The notes below the pieces were generated by a model. That model worked only from the letters and a program-made list of their open reading frames with translations. It searched no databases and was not told the origin of the DNA. Position numbers and translations under genes: made by a program. Shown here one piece after another: positions 54,108-63,148 of a stretch of 64,000 nucleotides of DNA. Source of the stretch: a virus (lineage: Duplodnaviria > Caudoviricetes); IMG/VR virus record IMGVR_UViG_3300048672_000970, positions 64,001-128,000 of that record. One strand, 5' to 3'. Positions within the stretch are counted from its first letter, which is position 1, and every line of letters begins with the position of its first letter.

Positions 54108-54971
54108 ATGTCATTCAAGCAATTTCTATTCGAGGGCGGAAAAGCTACTGCCAAATTTCATACTAAGCGGGCGACAAAACCAGATATTGAGGCAGCAATC
54201 GAGTTTGTTTCTTCGACGTTAGGTATTGACAAGCAATCTATCATTGATAATTTGGTTGGCTCAACGGTGTTAACTTATAACGGAGATAGGGAAGATTCCG
54301 GCGACATTGATATCGTCTTTGAGTCTGAGCATAAAGATGAGTATGTCAAAAAGATGTCTGAAGCCACTAACGAACCCTGTGTTATCGCTAACGTCACTTA
54401 CTCATTCCCTGTACCAGTTTCAGATACCAAAATGGTTCAAGTGGATTTTACTTTCTCTGACAATATCGAATGGGCAAAATTTTCTTATCACGCGGACAAG
54501 AACTCGAAATACAAATCTGGCGTAAGGAACGAGTTTTTACATTCAGTCGTCAAATACACGCCGAAAGATGGGGAAGATTTGAAGGTCAAGGATGAGAATG
54601 GCAACCTTATCGTGAAAGCTGCCAGAAGTTTCAGGCTTGATAAAGGATTTGAGCGAGTGTTCAAAATTGCACCTGAGAGAAAAGATGGGAAAGGACGTGT
54701 CAAATCCATGCAATCAGTGGAACCGGATGCCATTGATGCCGAGCTGAAAAAACTAGACAAAGAAGGGTCTTACAGTAAAGACGCCGATTTGATTACAGAC
54801 CCGGATAAATTTGCGAGTATGCTTTTTGGCGAAGGTGTTAAAGCAAAAGACATCATGACGGCAGAGCAAGTTATTGCGTTGATTAAAAAACGCCCGGATG
54901 CTGTCAAAGTATTCGCTGATGCTAAAAAAGGATTGGAGAAACGGAAACTAGAAATTCCGGAAGGGATATAA
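54108..54971 (+). CDS. Pol-beta-superfamily nucleotidyltransferase, putative virion internal protein
   Basis: LVGST...DSGDIDIV (GS + DxD), VQVDF third Asp; MSFKQFLFE. Confidence 0.75.
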   Translation: MSFKQFLFEGGKATAKFHTKRATKPDIEAAIEFVSSTLGIDKQSIIDNLVGSTVLTYNGDREDSGDIDIVFESEHKDEYVKKMSEATNEPCVIANVTYSFPVPVSDTKMVQVDFTFSDNIEWAKFSYHADKNSKYKSGVRNEFLHSVVKYTPKDGEDLKVKDENGNLIVKAARSFRLDKGFERVFKIAPERKDGKGRVKSMQSVEPDAIDAELKKLDKEGSYSKDADLITDPDKFASMLFGEGVKAKDIMTAEQVIALIKKRPDAVKVFADAKKGLEKRKLEIPEGI

Positions 54972-54996
54972 AAAGAGGGCCAATGGCCCTCTTTTT
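54970..54996. terminator. Bidirectional terminator
   Basis: AAAA-GAGGGCC-aat-GGCCCTC-TTTTT. Confidence 0.88.
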
Positions 54997-57019
54997 AGTT
55001 TGGAGCACCCCACTCCAAGTAGCAGAATCCGGGCTTGCCCGGTGATGATAATTGCGCACCAACTTGCGAGTATCCTCCCATGCCCATGTTATTTTGAGTA
55101 TAAGTACCAGTAACATCTGTTCCAGTACCAGGGAAAATTAACGTGGTGGTTGAAGGGAAATACCAGTTATAACGAATGGTCGTCGTCGGAATTGAATAGC
55201 CCGGCACGCCATACGCCAAACCGGGATTCTGAGTGCTCATGGCTAATGATGCCAGTTGCGTACATCCTAGCATCACATAGTCAAAGCCATTGGTGCCAGC
55301 CGCGCCGGCCGTATTACCAAATCCACCAATTGCGCCACCAAGACCTGCGCCACCACCGCCACCACCTGCGCCACCGCCGTTATCCGGGCCATTTGGCACT
55401 GAGTTGCCATACACATCATCCGTGAAAAAGCCAAACGTATTGACAGAAAACCCTTCAGTTGCGCGGCGGAAAGCAGTAGTCCCGTTTCCGATTGAAGTTG
55501 AAAAATCTTGACTCAATCCTCTCAATGATTCATTACCCGGATGGTAATATCCACCATCACCACCTGCACCACCTGCACCGCCACCGCCACCTGCTAACGC
55601 AATGACAGAAAACTTGACTGATGCGACGTTAGTCGATTCAATATCTTCAATCTCCATGATGTAAGAGGCGCCGCCGCCTCCGCCGCCTGAGGCCGATGTA
55701 CCAAAAAATCCTGAAGTGCCACCCGCAGCCCCTTTTCCAACCGCTGAAATAGCCCCAATTCCTTGAGGGTAATTATCCCGAGTAGTCCATACGATAGTGC
55801 CACTGGCATTTTTGATGACAATAGCAAACATACAAGGATTGAACGATGGATATGGTGAATTGGCATTCTCAACAAACACATTCAGGCCAATTAACATATA
55901 TTTGCCATCACCACCCGATGAATGTTTTGTGGAAGGTAGGACAGAAAAATCTAACGACTGGTCAATAACTGTACTGTGTAAATTTGCCGTTCCAAGCATA
56001 CCTGTACTGCTTCCCGTAATAGGGTCGAACAGTTGAAATTTCATAATGTCATCCGCTTCATATGAAATGGTATAACCTGTCAATTCAGCATCGGCCGTGT
56101 ATGGAACATAAAAAACGAATCGATGGTTGAATTGCGAAAGTCCGTTCGTGATAATGTCTTTCACCATTCCATTTTCAGTGGTGGACAAGATATTGCTATC
56201 CCAATGATTTGCGTTAACAATCACTGGCCGCGTCATGTATGGATTCTCGCGCCGCTTATAACTCACTGCATATGTTTTCAGAAACGTTGAATAAGGCGCC
56301 ATACTATTCGCTTCTGGGTAATTCAGAATGATATCATCCACCGGGAAAATTTCTCCGGAATTTCCACCCATTCCACCTTCCACCCATGTCCCACCAAGCC
56401 CGCTAAATCCGGGCGTACCTGCCACCATCACATATCGACGCCACCGGGTAGCCGATGCAGAAATATCAAGTTTGCCAGTGACAAAATTGCCGGCGCCGCC
56501 GACCGCTCCTTCTGCCACATCTGACAACGTGCCGCCGCCCCCAGCTCCTACTAACATGAATGACAGTTCTTTCACACCGGGCGGCACATCAACCACTCTA
56601 ACAAATCCTGCATCATATCCTCGATAGGGATAATGACTGTTTACCTCCTGTGTTACTGACCCACCGACATAATGCTTAACTCGGGCGTCATTCAAATAAG
56701 ACATTCGCATCTGATTAGAAGCAACCGGCACATTTGAATAAGTAGAAACGCCCGGTAATTTTGAAATAGTGGAATTGATAAGGTAATCATTCTTGTTAAA
56801 GAAACCGGGCGAAGCCATGTGCATAAATGAGTTATACACATTTGAATAAGTACCCAACTCTGACGATGCGGAATATTTGGAAGGATTGGCTGCATAGAAA
56901 ATAGTAGGGCCGCCAGCATTAGTTTGCCAACTTGTCCGGTAATAATGTTTTGCTGACCCACTTGCACTGGTTGAATAATTTGCCCCTAATCGGGCAACAT
57001 CATTTTTCATACTAGGCAT
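54995..57019 (-). CDS. Glycine-rich tail/baseplate-associated structural protein
   Basis: VVDVPPGV..LVGAGGGG, repeated GGGGG/GGAGG runs, terminal GKPGFCYLEW. Confidence 0.7.
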   Translation of the reverse strand: MPSMKNDVARLGANYSTSASGSAKHYYRTSWQTNAGGPTIFYAANPSKYSASSELGTYSNVYNSFMHMASPGFFNKNDYLINSTISKLPGVSTYSNVPVASNQMRMSYLNDARVKHYVGGSVTQEVNSHYPYRGYDAGFVRVVDVPPGVKELSFMLVGAGGGGTLSDVAEGAVGGAGNFVTGKLDISASATRWRRYVMVAGTPGFSGLGGTWVEGGMGGNSGEIFPVDDIILNYPEANSMAPYSTFLKTYAVSYKRRENPYMTRPVIVNANHWDSNILSTTENGMVKDIITNGLSQFNHRFVFYVPYTADAELTGYTISYEADDIMKFQLFDPITGSSTGMLGTANLHSTVIDQSLDFSVLPSTKHSSGGDGKYMLIGLNVFVENANSPYPSFNPCMFAIVIKNASGTIVWTTRDNYPQGIGAISAVGKGAAGGTSGFFGTSASGGGGGGASYIMEIEDIESTNVASVKFSVIALAGGGGGAGGAGGDGGYYHPGNESLRGLSQDFSTSIGNGTTAFRRATEGFSVNTFGFFTDDVYGNSVPNGPDNGGGAGGGGGGAGLGGAIGGFGNTAGAAGTNGFDYVMLGCTQLASLAMSTQNPGLAYGVPGYSIPTTTIRYNWYFPSTTTLIFPGTGTDVTGTYTQNNMGMGGYSQVGAQLSSPGKPGFCYLEWGAPN

Positions 57020-57021
57020 GA

Positions 57022-58416
57022 TTATTCACCCATCTTCTTTTTCAGCTCTTGCACTTGGGCCGACAATTCTTTAACAGCTTCTACCAGTAACGAAGTTAAC
57101 CGTTCATACCTGACTGTAATATAGTCCGGATTGAAAGCAGTTGGAGCAACCATATCTGGCGCGACCATCTGCACATCTTGTGCAATCAATCCATGCTCAT
57201 GAGTCCTACTCGGTTTATAACCTGCAGACTGACAAACTTCCACATCCCAATCATATTCAACACCTGTCAGCGAAGAAACTTTATCTAACGCATTTTCAAT
57301 CCGTTTGATATTCTTTTTCAGACGAACATCTGAAGCGCCAAAAATAACATCACCGGCCGCAGATACATCACCCCCTGAATAGATATTTCCGCCAACTGCC
57401 ATGCCGCCTGTCAGGATAACTGCCCCGGTACTGGTACTTGTTGAGTTAGTCGCATTGGACGAAATAAGTACACCCGTCATTGTGTCACCCGCTTTTTGAA
57501 CATATCCGGCCAGTGAGGAACTGTTAACAGTGGCAGTTAACGTCACATCAGATGACCCATTGAACGCGACACTTCCCGCCAAATCTCCAGCAAGGGTAAT
57601 TGTTCTGGCAGTCTGTAACTTAACTGCATCGGTGGCAAGAGTTGCCGTTCCGGCATTTCCCGAAATTGAAATTCCATACGAACCGGACAACCGAGCAGCA
57701 GGAACTACACCGGACGTTAAATTATCTGCATTCTGATAGAAACTGGCTAATTGGCCGTTTAGTTGAGATGCTGACCCGGAAATACTGATTGAGTAAGTTC
57801 CGGCCAGTCTACCCGATGGAACTGTACCAGCATTCAGATTGCCAGCATTTTGATAGAAGGCGCCATGTTGTCCATCCAGTAAATCAGCATCAAGTCCAGA
57901 AGCAGCACCGTCATTAGCGGAATGCCATACTTGATTAGACCTGAATGTCAGGCCCGTATCAGAGGATGCATCGATAACTAATCCATTGGTGAGAGTGCCC
58001 CCATTCCCAACCCATGAATTGCCCTGTCCAATCGACACAATACCATTCTGTCCCGAGATTATAGCAGGTTTGTTCAAACCTCCTGAATCTTTGTTACCAA
58101 TCAGTAACCGTTGTTCACCCGTCGCGGCAGTCAGTGAAAGCAAATTTGGCACAGAAAGCGGGCCGGTCATTGTGTCACCCGCGATAGCAACATAAACGCC
58201 TACTAAATCTGCCGGCGATAAACCAACGCGTTGCCATGCTTGACCCACTTGTGAACCGGGCGTGGATGGAAGTAAATCCTGCACGAACCCATATAGATAC
58301 AGGCCAGTAGGTTGAGAGTCAGAGATAGTTTTGTAATACAGCGCGCCATCGTAGCTGTCTGCATTGTTCGGGAGAGTGTCCCCATAAGCGGCGGCCGAGC
58401 CTGAAAGAGTCTTCAT
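57022..58416 (-). CDS. Tail fibre protein with C-terminal intramolecular chaperone (peptidase S74)
   Basis: YVxxxGDTMTG repeats, DADLLDGQH, SDVRLKKNI..ALDKV..L.G..Y.W..GLIAQDV..V.YERL..LLVEAVKEL. Confidence 0.88.
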   Translation of the reverse strand: MKTLSGSAAAYGDTLPNNADSYDGALYYKTISDSQPTGLYLYGFVQDLLPSTPGSQVGQAWQRVGLSPADLVGVYVAIAGDTMTGPLSVPNLLSLTAATGEQRLLIGNKDSGGLNKPAIISGQNGIVSIGQGNSWVGNGGTLTNGLVIDASSDTGLTFRSNQVWHSANDGAASGLDADLLDGQHGAFYQNAGNLNAGTVPSGRLAGTYSISISGSASQLNGQLASFYQNADNLTSGVVPAARLSGSYGISISGNAGTATLATDAVKLQTARTITLAGDLAGSVAFNGSSDVTLTATVNSSSLAGYVQKAGDTMTGVLISSNATNSTSTSTGAVILTGGMAVGGNIYSGGDVSAAGDVIFGASDVRLKKNIKRIENALDKVSSLTGVEYDWDVEVCQSAGYKPSRTHEHGLIAQDVQMVAPDMVAPTAFNPDYITVRYERLTSLLVEAVKELSAQVQELKKKMGE

Positions 58417-58499
58417 TGTGGCTTTTTCCTTGTTTGCCTTTATTTAGGATGACGGCTGAAGCCAGTTGGACTGTGTCTGGTGGCGACGGTGTTCGGATG

Positions 58500-59340
58500 C
58501 TGAAACCAAACGGGCTAAAACGCGCTAGGAGCGATTTGTTGGTGGAAGGTAGGCATGGGTAGCTTGACGGATGAAATCGGCTCTATGACCCGTTTAAGTG
58601 CCTTCGCGGCCCATGCTCTTATTTGTCACCTATAGGAGTTTATTGAATGAATGGAAAAGCCGGTAGGTCAGTCGGTTGGTTCCGTTCAGAGAAAGGCTGG
58701 TAGCCGGTTTGTGTGATTGGTTAGCTCAAGCGAGTTAGCTACATGTTGGTTTAACGGCTGTTAGCGCGTTCGTTGACCTGTTGGCTACCTGGGTAGTCTG
58801 TTGAGAGAAAACGGCGCTAATGCCCGTTAAACGCATTCTGGTAGCATGTTCTTATTTGTCACCTATAGGTATTTCTCAAATGAGTGGAGAGAGCTTGGTG
58901 GGTGGCTTAGGTTGATTAGCTCTCAGAAAAGCTCGGTCAAGCAGTGGCGTGAGTCGGCTTGCAGCCGGTAGGCTCAAGGTGCGAAAGAACTGCTTGACTG
59001 CTGAAGCCCTAACGGGCTGAGGTTATGTGTACAGATAGGTTAACAAACGGATGTCTAGTATCTGATAGATGAGCCTATAGAGCGATTAGGTAGAGAGGTA
59101 GCTACCCTGGTAGCCTAACGGATGAAAACGGCTCTAAAGCCCGTTAAGGCTCATTACGAGTCAATTCCTTATTTGTCACCTATAGGAGTTAGTCGAAGAA
59201 ATGAGAGGAAGGGTGGTTGGTTAGGTTGGTTCAGAGAAAAGTTAGCCGGAGTGATCAGGGCTGGCTTGACTGCTTGTTAGAGCAGCAAACAGCGAATGAC
59301 TACCCCGGCTACTGAAAAGCCCTTTAGGGCTTAAGGTTAG
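58500..59340. repeat. Non-coding three-unit hairpin/box array
   Basis: Identical CTTATTTGTCACCTATAGG at 58618, 58851, 59168, each 28-29 nt after a CCCGTT(T)AA hairpin base; no ORF of 60 aa or more. Confidence 0.85.
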
Positions 59341-59343
59341 GTG

Positions 59344-60813
59344 TTAATAGCCTCTAAGTTCGATTCTGTCATGTTCGTCAAGGAAACGCATGAACACCAC
59401 ATTTTGAAGAAGTTCATAGTTGGTGATGTCTAACTCAGTATTTTGGTATTCATCCATAGTTTCTTTAACCTTTTTTCGGATGGCAGTCGGTTCTGCTAAA
59501 AACTTTTTAACTTGGGTTAAACGATGTTCGTTGAATTGATTTGTCCAAGTGATGACATCTCGCGGAAGATAATCGGCAATGTCAATTGAGTATTCATCAA
59601 ATTCTTCGTCGTTTTCTATAGCGGCATCACGCGCCGCATCAACATCTTGTTCATACCTCTTATACCCGTCGTTGTATTCTTCCACCTGTGCATTTACATA
59701 TGGCTGCAGGTCACGGTCGAAATATTCAGCACCATGCTTTTTCATATCTTCATCAGATACAACCAATATGTGATTAACTAAATCTGGTGAAGTTCGTACA
59801 TACTCGCGCACGATATCCATATGGGGATACTTCTGTTCAAACTCAAGTGCCCATAAAATCTGTCCATTAAACTCATTCTGTGGTTCGTCAATCATGGCTA
59901 GTTGTTCACCATCTTGTTGAATGACAGCCAAATCAGCCAAATCAGATTTTTGAAGCACGATGATGTTCTTTGCTGGGTTTGCGTTATCGATGAAAAACCA
60001 GTGTCGTGAATAATCATTCCAGAAAGATTTTGTTTCAGCGGCGGCTAAAGAAGCATTGGCGAACGCTGACAGAAGTTTTGAATCTCCATCAAGTTTGAAA
60101 TGTTCTTTGATGATGCGTTGCATGATGGCAGGGGTGTTATAATGGGTGTCATAGACAGTCACGCCATGTTCAGCATGTGGTCGTTCAGCCAATACAGCTT
60201 TGTGTTTTGATTTCTGAATGGCATTGATGATAAATGTCATCATGTTTTTTACTGCGCCAACCGTAGGATTCATTTTCCCCCAGATGAATCGACGGAATGA
60301 AAACGCCCCCTTAACAATACCATTTTCCGATTGCTCGACCCGTTCGGTAATGTCTCGATTGGCTTGGTTGTACCGTTGCATAAATTCGGTGGCAAGGTCA
60401 TCAATCGCGTCTTCAAGTTCGTCAGAATCCACGTCTACATCTTCTTCAACTGTCGTGACGATTTTTTCCCATTTGAAACGGAATGATTGGCGGTCAAATC
60501 TATTCAGAAAATAAGTGAAATGTGGATCAAGTGCCGGGTCGGTTGCACGATTATAGTTGGTGAATTGCATGGCCAGCGCGGAAAAGTTATGTGTACCGCT
60601 GCTATTATCCGCCGTGATATTAACGTAAGGTGTGACGATTGCCCCAATCAACCCTTGGGCATATTTCTCTTTCCCATATACTCCTGGCATAAAATAAACG
60701 TTCTCTTTTCGATGTTTGGAAAACTGCTTGTAATAATCTGAATAATCAGTTCCCCAATATGATTCACGTAACACAGGGTCGGTGAATGCTTCCAAAATAT
60801 GCTTTAGCTTCAT
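59344..60813 (-). CDS. Large hypothetical late protein, putative virion internal protein
   Basis: TAAATA (minus) at 60833; MKLKHILE. Confidence 0.75.
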   Translation of the reverse strand: MKLKHILEAFTDPVLRESYWGTDYSDYYKQFSKHRKENVYFMPGVYGKEKYAQGLIGAIVTPYVNITADNSSGTHNFSALAMQFTNYNRATDPALDPHFTYFLNRFDRQSFRFKWEKIVTTVEEDVDVDSDELEDAIDDLATEFMQRYNQANRDITERVEQSENGIVKGAFSFRRFIWGKMNPTVGAVKNMMTFIINAIQKSKHKAVLAERPHAEHGVTVYDTHYNTPAIMQRIIKEHFKLDGDSKLLSAFANASLAAAETKSFWNDYSRHWFFIDNANPAKNIIVLQKSDLADLAVIQQDGEQLAMIDEPQNEFNGQILWALEFEQKYPHMDIVREYVRTSPDLVNHILVVSDEDMKKHGAEYFDRDLQPYVNAQVEEYNDGYKRYEQDVDAARDAAIENDEEFDEYSIDIADYLPRDVITWTNQFNEHRLTQVKKFLAEPTAIRKKVKETMDEYQNTELDITNYELLQNVVFMRFLDEHDRIELRGY

Positions 60814-60866
60814 AGGTCTATTCATTTAGAAGTATTTATCAATAAATAACTCAAAATGACAATGGT

Positions 60867-61679
60867 ATGCAACTTCTTCAAGAACTCATCGGTATCAAGA
60901 AATATTCCGGGATGACCATCATCAATGCTATCAAGCAAATTGTGCAACGAACACCAGCCGGAATCAAAACTTTCAGCGGGTCATTTGGTATCACTTTGGT
61001 TGCAGATGCATTACCGTATGTGTACAAAGTTTGGTTAGCTGACGCGGCGTATGAAAAATATATTGAACTGGTGTTAGCTCACCAAGATAACCCATTTTTC
61101 CCAAAAGTGATTGGAGATGTAGTTGAGTTGAAAAACATCTTTGCTGAAGGAAAACCACCTATTCCAACTATCAAAGTAATTCGATTGGAAAAGCTGAAAC
61201 ATGGAAATTTGTCAGAATTGAAAAATGAGGCGTTAGCCAGTGTCATTCGAGCTGGATTCGTATCGCTGGAACGTGATACCAATAAAGACCGTGTGAAAGA
61301 AAAAGTAATTCAGCGTATCAAGGAATTAGAAATTGCCTATAACGGATTCAAGACTGATTCTAAAACTGGCGCCAATCTGGCTTATATACAAAAAGCTAAT
61401 GGTAATCCGACACGCACGTTTGTCGCTTCAAATGAAGTGATGAAAGGTCGCAGTAAAGCGGCGGCGTATCTGGCTATTTCAAAAATGGATGTTGATAAGC
61501 TGGTTGACACCATTATTCAAATCCATGAAGCCTGTACTGCTCTGAACAAAATCGACCCGGAATATGATGTCTATGCGGACATGCACGAAGGCAACATCAT
61601 GTTCCGGGCGAATGGTGAATTAGTTATCACCGACCCGATGACATCTAGTAAAGGTACATACCCATTGACTCTGTTTTAA
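60867..61679 (+). CDS. Protein-kinase-like protein 3
   Basis: SGSFG, VYKVW, YEKY, FFPKV, ADMHEGNIM, VITDP; TAAATA at 60843; MQLLQEL. Confidence 0.75.
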   Translation: MQLLQELIGIKKYSGMTIINAIKQIVQRTPAGIKTFSGSFGITLVADALPYVYKVWLADAAYEKYIELVLAHQDNPFFPKVIGDVVELKNIFAEGKPPIPTIKVIRLEKLKHGNLSELKNEALASVIRAGFVSLERDTNKDRVKEKVIQRIKELEIAYNGFKTDSKTGANLAYIQKANGNPTRTFVASNEVMKGRSKAAAYLAISKMDVDKLVDTIIQIHEACTALNKIDPEYDVYADMHEGNIMFRANGELVITDPMTSSKGTYPLTLF

Positions 61680-61761
61680 CAATTGGTTACAAAGACGGTG
61701 TTGACAGTCGATGAATGCTTTGATAAAGTTCATCCATCAACAACTGCTCTAGGAGCTTTCC

Positions 61762-62139
61762 ATGGACTCATCCAACTTTTTCAATTCTACCACCACCATT
61801 TCCAATTTCAAGCCGCATGAACTGGTGGCGCATATTTATGCTCGTTTGGAAAAAGAAAAAACTCACCCCGGAACGAGTGGGATGGTTATCGACCATGATT
61901 TCAAAATGGTTGTCATCGACCGCATTGTCATGGCTGCAGCAAGTGAATTTAACGGGCACGAAAACCTGCTTCGCAATCCGCAATTTGAGACAGTATCGGC
62001 TGCTTTGAAAGTGAGGAACTGGCGAGTTCAATCTATCCAGCATCAACTAATTGTCACTGAACCGAATGACTATTCGGTTTCTTCCAATCCGCCGAAACTG
62101 CATGGTTTCACGGTGGCTATGCAAGCAATTAACGGATGA
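61762..62139 (+). CDS. Hypothetical protein
   Basis: AGGAG SD; TTGACA promoter at ~61701. Confidence 0.65.
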   Translation: MDSSNFFNSTTTISNFKPHELVAHIYARLEKEKTHPGTSGMVIDHDFKMVVIDRIVMAAASEFNGHENLLRNPQFETVSAALKVRNWRVQSIQHQLIVTEPNDYSVSSNPPKLHGFTVAMQAING

Positions 62140-62249
62140 AACAGAATTAACCAATCTTAACATCCGTCATGTCTTAAGCCCCATGTAAGAATATCAGATT
62201 TTGCATATGTCAATAAATATGTGGAATCTGATAGGACAGGGTTTTTGAC

Positions 62250-62699
62250 ATGGTGTATGACGCAACGACCGTCATGACGGACTTCGTTTGGCCTAAAGCG
62301 CCGGAATCAGTGATCATTCCTGTATCACAAGTGATTCCGGCTGATTCCATTTCCATTTTAGATAAGCCGGTCACGCCGGTTTTAGATGTGACGCAATTTT
62401 CTGCAGCTCATATTCCGATTGTGGTATCAACTATCACTCAGCAAGTAAATGACTTTATCGAACTGGCTAATTTGAAACTGAAGGAATTGAGTGGGAAAGT
62501 ATCTACCATTCGATTGAATCAAGAAGGCATCATTTCTGGTTATGTCCAATTTTCACTTGCATTTTCTTACATGCAGGACGTGACTATTCATCAGTGTAGA
62601 CAAGAAATCCTGAAAGGAGGGTGGAAAGATGCGTCAATCGTCATATCCTCTTTTCAAGATCCCTTGTACCTGTATTCAGTAATCTTAAGTTTGCCTTAA
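62250..62699 (+). CDS. Hypothetical protein
   Basis: TAAATA at 62214. Confidence 0.6.
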   Translation: MVYDATTVMTDFVWPKAPESVIIPVSQVIPADSISILDKPVTPVLDVTQFSAAHIPIVVSTITQQVNDFIELANLKLKELSGKVSTIRLNQEGIISGYVQFSLAFSYMQDVTIHQCRQEILKGGWKDASIVISSFQDPLYLYSVILSLP

Positions 62700-62722
62700 G
62701 CGAGAAAATTTATAAATAAGGC

Positions 62723-62911
62723 TTGGGAGGGAATGAACCGATGGAAAAGTTATCAATTTTAGCCGCCATCATGATTACTGTGCTGAATTTTAACGCATCA
62801 TTGGAGCGAGACAAATACACTGGTCGGTTTTCTGATTTAATCACGTTGGTAGTTTTTCTTACGACCGTGGTATGTTTGTTCGTGCTAGTCTTTTCATTCT
62901 GGAAGGTTTGA
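62723..62911 (+). CDS. Small two-TM protein (start uncertain)
   Basis: Hydrophobic segments. Confidence 0.45.
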   Translation: MGGNEPMEKLSILAAIMITVLNFNASLERDKYTGRFSDLITLVVFLTTVVCLFVLVFSFWKV

Positions 62912-62914
62912 CCG

Positions 62915-63139
62915 ATGTTACCGTTCATCACGTTCATTTCAATTTCCAATCCTCCGCAATATTTTCGGCAATACTTTGAAAATCTGTTCATTGATGATTA
63001 CGAACAACTGTTTCATGGATTCTCGGTGGCAGTATCTGATGATATCGCCGGGACGATAAAATCGTTGTGCAATGAACACGGCATTGTTTGCACCTCGCAT
63101 TCATGTGATAGAATAGACAATTCTCCCATCAACTCTTAA
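62915..63139 (+). CDS. Hypothetical protein
   Basis: Operonic ORF. Confidence 0.45.
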   Translation: MLPFITFISISNPPQYFRQYFENLFIDDYEQLFHGFSVAVSDDIAGTIKSLCNEHGIVCTSHSCDRIDNSPINS

Positions 63140-63148
63140 AAGGAAATT

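Noticed and set aside
54995-58416. Diversity-generating retroelement or invertible tail-fibre cassette
   Set aside because: No reverse transcriptase, TR/VR pair or invertase with inverted sites is visible in the window.
58618-58640. Resemblance of the box to T7/SP6 single-subunit RNAP promoters (…CACCTATAGGAG)
   Set aside because: Only the TATAG core matches and the specificity region does not. No such polymerase is in the window, and nothing coding lies downstream on the + strand.
58618-59186. CRISPR array or mini-array interpretation of the three 19-bp boxes
   Set aside because: Repeats are too short, the intervening segments are 214-298 nt, mutually homologous and structured rather than unique spacers, and no cas genes are present.
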